A DNA stretch of 64,000 nucleotides from positions 2,826-66,825 of the forward strand of contig CAIMTJ010000092.1 of the NCBI GenBank assembly GCA_903844385.1, given 5' to 3'. The notes below the pieces were generated by a model. The model did not search any database. It was not told the DNA's origin and saw only the letters and a program-made list of their open reading frames with translations. The stretch's first letter is position 1. Each line of letters starts with the position of its first letter. Source of the stretch: an uncultured Burkholderiales bacterium. Lineage in GTDB: Bacteria > Pseudomonadota > Gammaproteobacteria > Burkholderiales > Burkholderiaceae_C. A program made the position numbers and the translations under genes. Of the stretch, positions 61,137 to 64,000 are shown in pieces.

Positions 61137-61523
61137 TCAAAGGGTTTTAAGACGTTCAGTCGAAGGCACCACACGGGTTAAACGGATGCCGTAACGGTCA
61201 TTGACCAAGACCACCTCACCTTGGGCGACGACGGTGTCATTGACCAAGAGGTCAAGGGGTTCTCCCGCGATGCGGTCAAGCTCGACGACACTGCCTTGGG
61301 TCAAGCGCATGAGGTCTTTGATTTTGATGTTGGCGCGTCCGACTTCAATGGCCAGCGTCACGGAGATGTTTTGCAGTACATCGGCATTGATGTTCCCGGG
61401 GTGACTGAGCTTGAAGTCTTGCGAATTGGGCAAGGGCTCAGCGTGGTCAAATTCACTGGGATTTAACAAGGCGTCTGCTGGACCTTCTTCGGAGGTGCTC
61501 TCGGGGGTGATGTTATCGGGCAT
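61137..61523 (-). CDS. fliN: Flagellar motor switch protein FliN
   Basis: EVGR, GSVVELDRIAGEPLD, GEVV...YGIR. Confidence 0.95.
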   Translation of the reverse strand: MPDNITPESTSEEGPADALLNPSEFDHAEPLPNSQDFKLSHPGNINADVLQNISVTLAIEVGRANIKIKDLMRLTQGSVVELDRIAGEPLDLLVNDTVVAQGEVVLVNDRYGIRLTRVVPSTERLKTL

Positions 61524-61539
61524 GGTCTGTCTTCCTCTA

Positions 61540-62538
61540 TCAAAGCTGGCCGGGGATGATTTGTTTTTCAACTCTCACCGCAACTTGAGAGCCGCGGGTG
61601 CCCACACTCACGCCAAAGGTGGGCACACCTTGGGAGATGAATTGGGCGTGGTCGGGTTTTTTGAAATAAAGCATATCGCCTTCTTTCATGTTTTGCAGGT
61701 GACTCAAGGTGGTTTTGAGGTGTCCCATCAGAACTTTCACATCCAAGGTGGCGTCGCCCACTGCAATGGCCATGTCTTCGCGCCAGGCTTTATCGGACTC
61801 CTCGTTGCCGTCGCCCGTTTGAACACGGTTCCTGAGCAACTCTCTGAGCGGCTTCAAGGTGGCATAAGGGTAGACCAAGTCAATGAAACCGCGCGCACTG
61901 GTGCTGGTCGCATCGGACTCAAAGCGGCTCAAGACCACCAAATCGTTTTCGTCGGCAATTTGTGCAAACTGCGGGTTGATCTCGGAGGCCACCCGCTCGG
62001 TGGTGATCTCCATCACGGGCGCCCAAGCTTCTCGCAGGGATTTGAAAAAGACATCCAAAATGATGTTGATGATGCGAGTCTCGGTCGCGGTGAAGAGTCG
62101 CCCAGGCGGCAAATCACCCACGCCTTTGCCAAATCCACCAAAAAAACTATCGAGCGAGCTAAAAATCACCGACGGGTCAATGATCACCACCGAGTAGCCA
62201 CGCAAGGGGTTGAGTCGGATGGTGTTGACCGCCAAGGGGGGCTTGATGGTTTTCAAGTACTCCCCAAACTTCATGATTTGAACTTTGTTGGGATTCACGC
62301 GCGGGGTGGTGCGCAAGACCTCCAACAGGCCGAGTCTGAACATTCGAATCAAGCGCTCGTTGATCATGTCCACCGACGAGACATTCACCCCCAAGCTGCT
62401 GTCTTCGCTCGCCAAGTCGTGCTTGTGCACGCTCACCTGGGTGTTGAACCCGGTGTCCGTTTCAATGGAGCCGTCTTGCACACCTTCGGTCAGTGCAAGC
62501 AGCTCCTCTGGCGAGAGCAAATTGGATCGATCAGACAT
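61540..62538 (-). CDS. fliM: Flagellar motor switch protein FliM
   Basis: LSPEEL, INERL, FFGG.G, FTATE, EINPQF, C-terminal SPOA. Confidence 0.93.
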   Translation of the reverse strand: MSDRSNLLSPEELLALTEGVQDGSIETDTGFNTQVSVHKHDLASEDSSLGVNVSSVDMINERLIRMFRLGLLEVLRTTPRVNPNKVQIMKFGEYLKTIKPPLAVNTIRLNPLRGYSVVIIDPSVIFSSLDSFFGGFGKGVGDLPPGRLFTATETRIINIILDVFFKSLREAWAPVMEITTERVASEINPQFAQIADENDLVVLSRFESDATSTSARGFIDLVYPYATLKPLRELLRNRVQTGDGNEESDKAWREDMAIAVGDATLDVKVLMGHLKTTLSHLQNMKEGDMLYFKKPDHAQFISQGVPTFGVSVGTRGSQVAVRVEKQIIPGQL

Positions 62539-62556
62539 GGTTGCTGGTAATTAAAA

Positions 62557-63141
62557 TTATTGCATCACAAAAGAGGTGAAAAAGACGTCTTCGATACCGC
62601 CAAAGTCTTCGTAGTTTTCAAGCAACTCGTTCATGGTGTCTTTGAGCTTGGCTGCCAGGTCTTTTCTGAACTCAGGCTTGGAAATTTCGCTCTCAGTGCT
62701 TTGGCGCATCACGTCAAGCATGGCCGAACGCAAAGCGAACTCATGTTTTTTCACATTGTCAAATACTCGGTTGTCGTAATGGGTCATGAGTGCAATTTGT
62801 ACCACCATCACTTTTTTGGAGCCCGTGATGTTGGTCATGAGCTCTTTTTCAAGTTGCAGGTAATTCTTCTCAAAACGGGTTCCCTCAGGGGCCTCCTTTT
62901 TGATTTTAGAGGGTGCCTCGACTTTGGCCTTGCTGGCCGCGGCCTCGAGCTCCTCGAGTTTGTCTTCGGCCTCAAGTTCGGCTTTTTTCTCGAAATAGCC
63001 CGAGAAAAAGAGCGTTGCAAATGCCACGCCCACCAAGAGCACAATGCCTACGATCACGCCAATCAAGATTTTAACAATTGGTTTTTTCTTTTTCGGCTCT
63101 GCGGTTTCTTCTGCGTTTTCTTCTGGTGCGGCGGTGGCCAT
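62557..63141 (-). CDS. fliL: Flagellar basal body-associated protein FliL
   Basis: KKK plus TM, C-terminal IEDVFFTSFVMQ. Confidence 0.92.
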   Translation of the reverse strand: MATAAPEENAEETAEPKKKKPIVKILIGVIVGIVLLVGVAFATLFFSGYFEKKAELEAEDKLEELEAAASKAKVEAPSKIKKEAPEGTRFEKNYLQLEKELMTNITGSKKVMVVQIALMTHYDNRVFDNVKKHEFALRSAMLDVMRQSTESEISKPEFRKDLAAKLKDTMNELLENYEDFGGIEDVFFTSFVMQ

Positions 63142-63186
63142 GATTTAACTCCTAAAAATTTGAGTGGGTTGGACTTGTGCTTAAGC

Positions 63187-64000
63187 TCAAACGAAGGTAT
63201 CCAACAAGGCATTGTTGCTGTTGCCCGTGATCGGGGCATCGGCAACAGTGGAAGAAGCTTGAGTCAAGTCATTGACTGAACTGGCATTTTGACTGTTGTT
63301 TGCAAACGGATTGTGACCATCATTGGCGGAGCCTTGACCCTGAGCACTGGCGCCTCCCCCACTGCCTAGTCCAACTTGGACGCTGGCTTGGTTGAGTCCC
63401 AAAACACTCAGATTATCCTTGAGTTGCTGTGAGCCGTGTTGTAGAAGATTTTGTGTCAAAGCGTTATCAGACTGTAACACCGCAGCGAGTTTGCCATCCC
63501 TCATTTCAAGAGAAATGTCCACGACGCCCAAAGACGAGGGTTTGAGGGCAAATTTCATCTTCCATTGGCCCTGGCTGATTTGGTCATTCATGCGCTTGGA
63601 CAACTCATTGGCCAATTGGTCGGAGAGTTGTTCATAAGTATCGGCCATGTTCAGAGGATTTTGGCTCAGGGCGTTGGCGTTGCTCGTCATGGGGTTGCCC
63701 GAATTGGCAGAGTTGCTGCCCCCGTTTTGTGTGCTTTGTCCAGATAGATCCAAGGTGGCGACCACGCCAGGTGTGGAGTCGACGCCTGCGGGGTTGGCCG
63801 CTGCACCCAAGCCGACATCAAACGCCTTGCTGTCTTCAGTGCTGAAGGCGCCTTTGCCATTCAATTGGTTAAACGCTGTTTGCAGTGTTTCGATGGCAGC
63901 GCTCGAGAGGTTGGAGCCCGCCATATTGAGCACCGACAAAGTGCTGGCTGGGTTGGTGGCATTGCTGGCCATGGCGCCGCTCATGCGAGAAGAGGCCATG
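63187..64000 (-). CDS. fliK: Flagellar hook-length control protein FliK, C-terminal part (start outside window)
   Basis: Low-complexity S/N/A region, then LKPSSLGVVDI...LL....QLKDNL..LGL; directly upstream of fliL. Confidence 0.8.
   Translation of the reverse strand, partial: MASSRMSGAMASNATNPASTLSVLNMAGSNLSSAAIETLQTAFNQLNGKGAFSTEDSKAFDVGLGAAANPAGVDSTPGVVATLDLSGQSTQNGGSNSANSGNPMTSNANALSQNPLNMADTYEQLSDQLANELSKRMNDQISQGQWKMKFALKPSSLGVVDISLEMRDGKLAAVLQSDNALTQNLLQHGSQQLKDNLSVLGLNQASVQVGLGSGGGASAQGQGSANDGHNPFANNSQNASSVNDLTQASSTVADAPITGNSNNALLDTFV

Overview
Core-genome window of a Betaproteobacterium, Comamonadaceae-like by gene order and protein features. It contains a partial FAD oxidoreductase, RNase P RNA (rnpB), a NUDIX-MBL fusion, a Bug/TctC binding protein, dapF-DUF484-xerC, rlmI, a COG0523 GTPase with dksA, the complete dcw cluster (mraZ to lpxC), ruvC/mtgA/tonB-like/RNB, rodA, tldD, DAHP synthase, mpl, tlpA, accBC-prmA, a PfkB kinase, a histone H1-like protein, nrdAB with NrdR boxes, ampD, ffh, miaB, and the end of a flagellar operon (fliK-fliL-fliM-fliN) followed by a membrane-anchored alpha-carbonic anhydrase. 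I found no tRNA, rRNA, CRISPR, IS or prophage. Four observations stand out. (1) An unlisted 36-codon ORF rich in UNN codons, followed directly by an intrinsic terminator, lies upstream of miaB and is a candidate attenuator sensing ms2i6A37 tRNA modification. (2) A complete Phe-codon leader-peptide attenuator, probably leaderless, precedes the DAHP synthase. (3) A 6-nt hairpin-loop micro-inversion in nrdB turns the iron-ligand motif FEEAIH into SSKAIH. (4) A coiled-coil-stalked carbonic anhydrase sits at the end of the flagellar motor operon. All functional calls come from motif recognition by eye, not from database searches.
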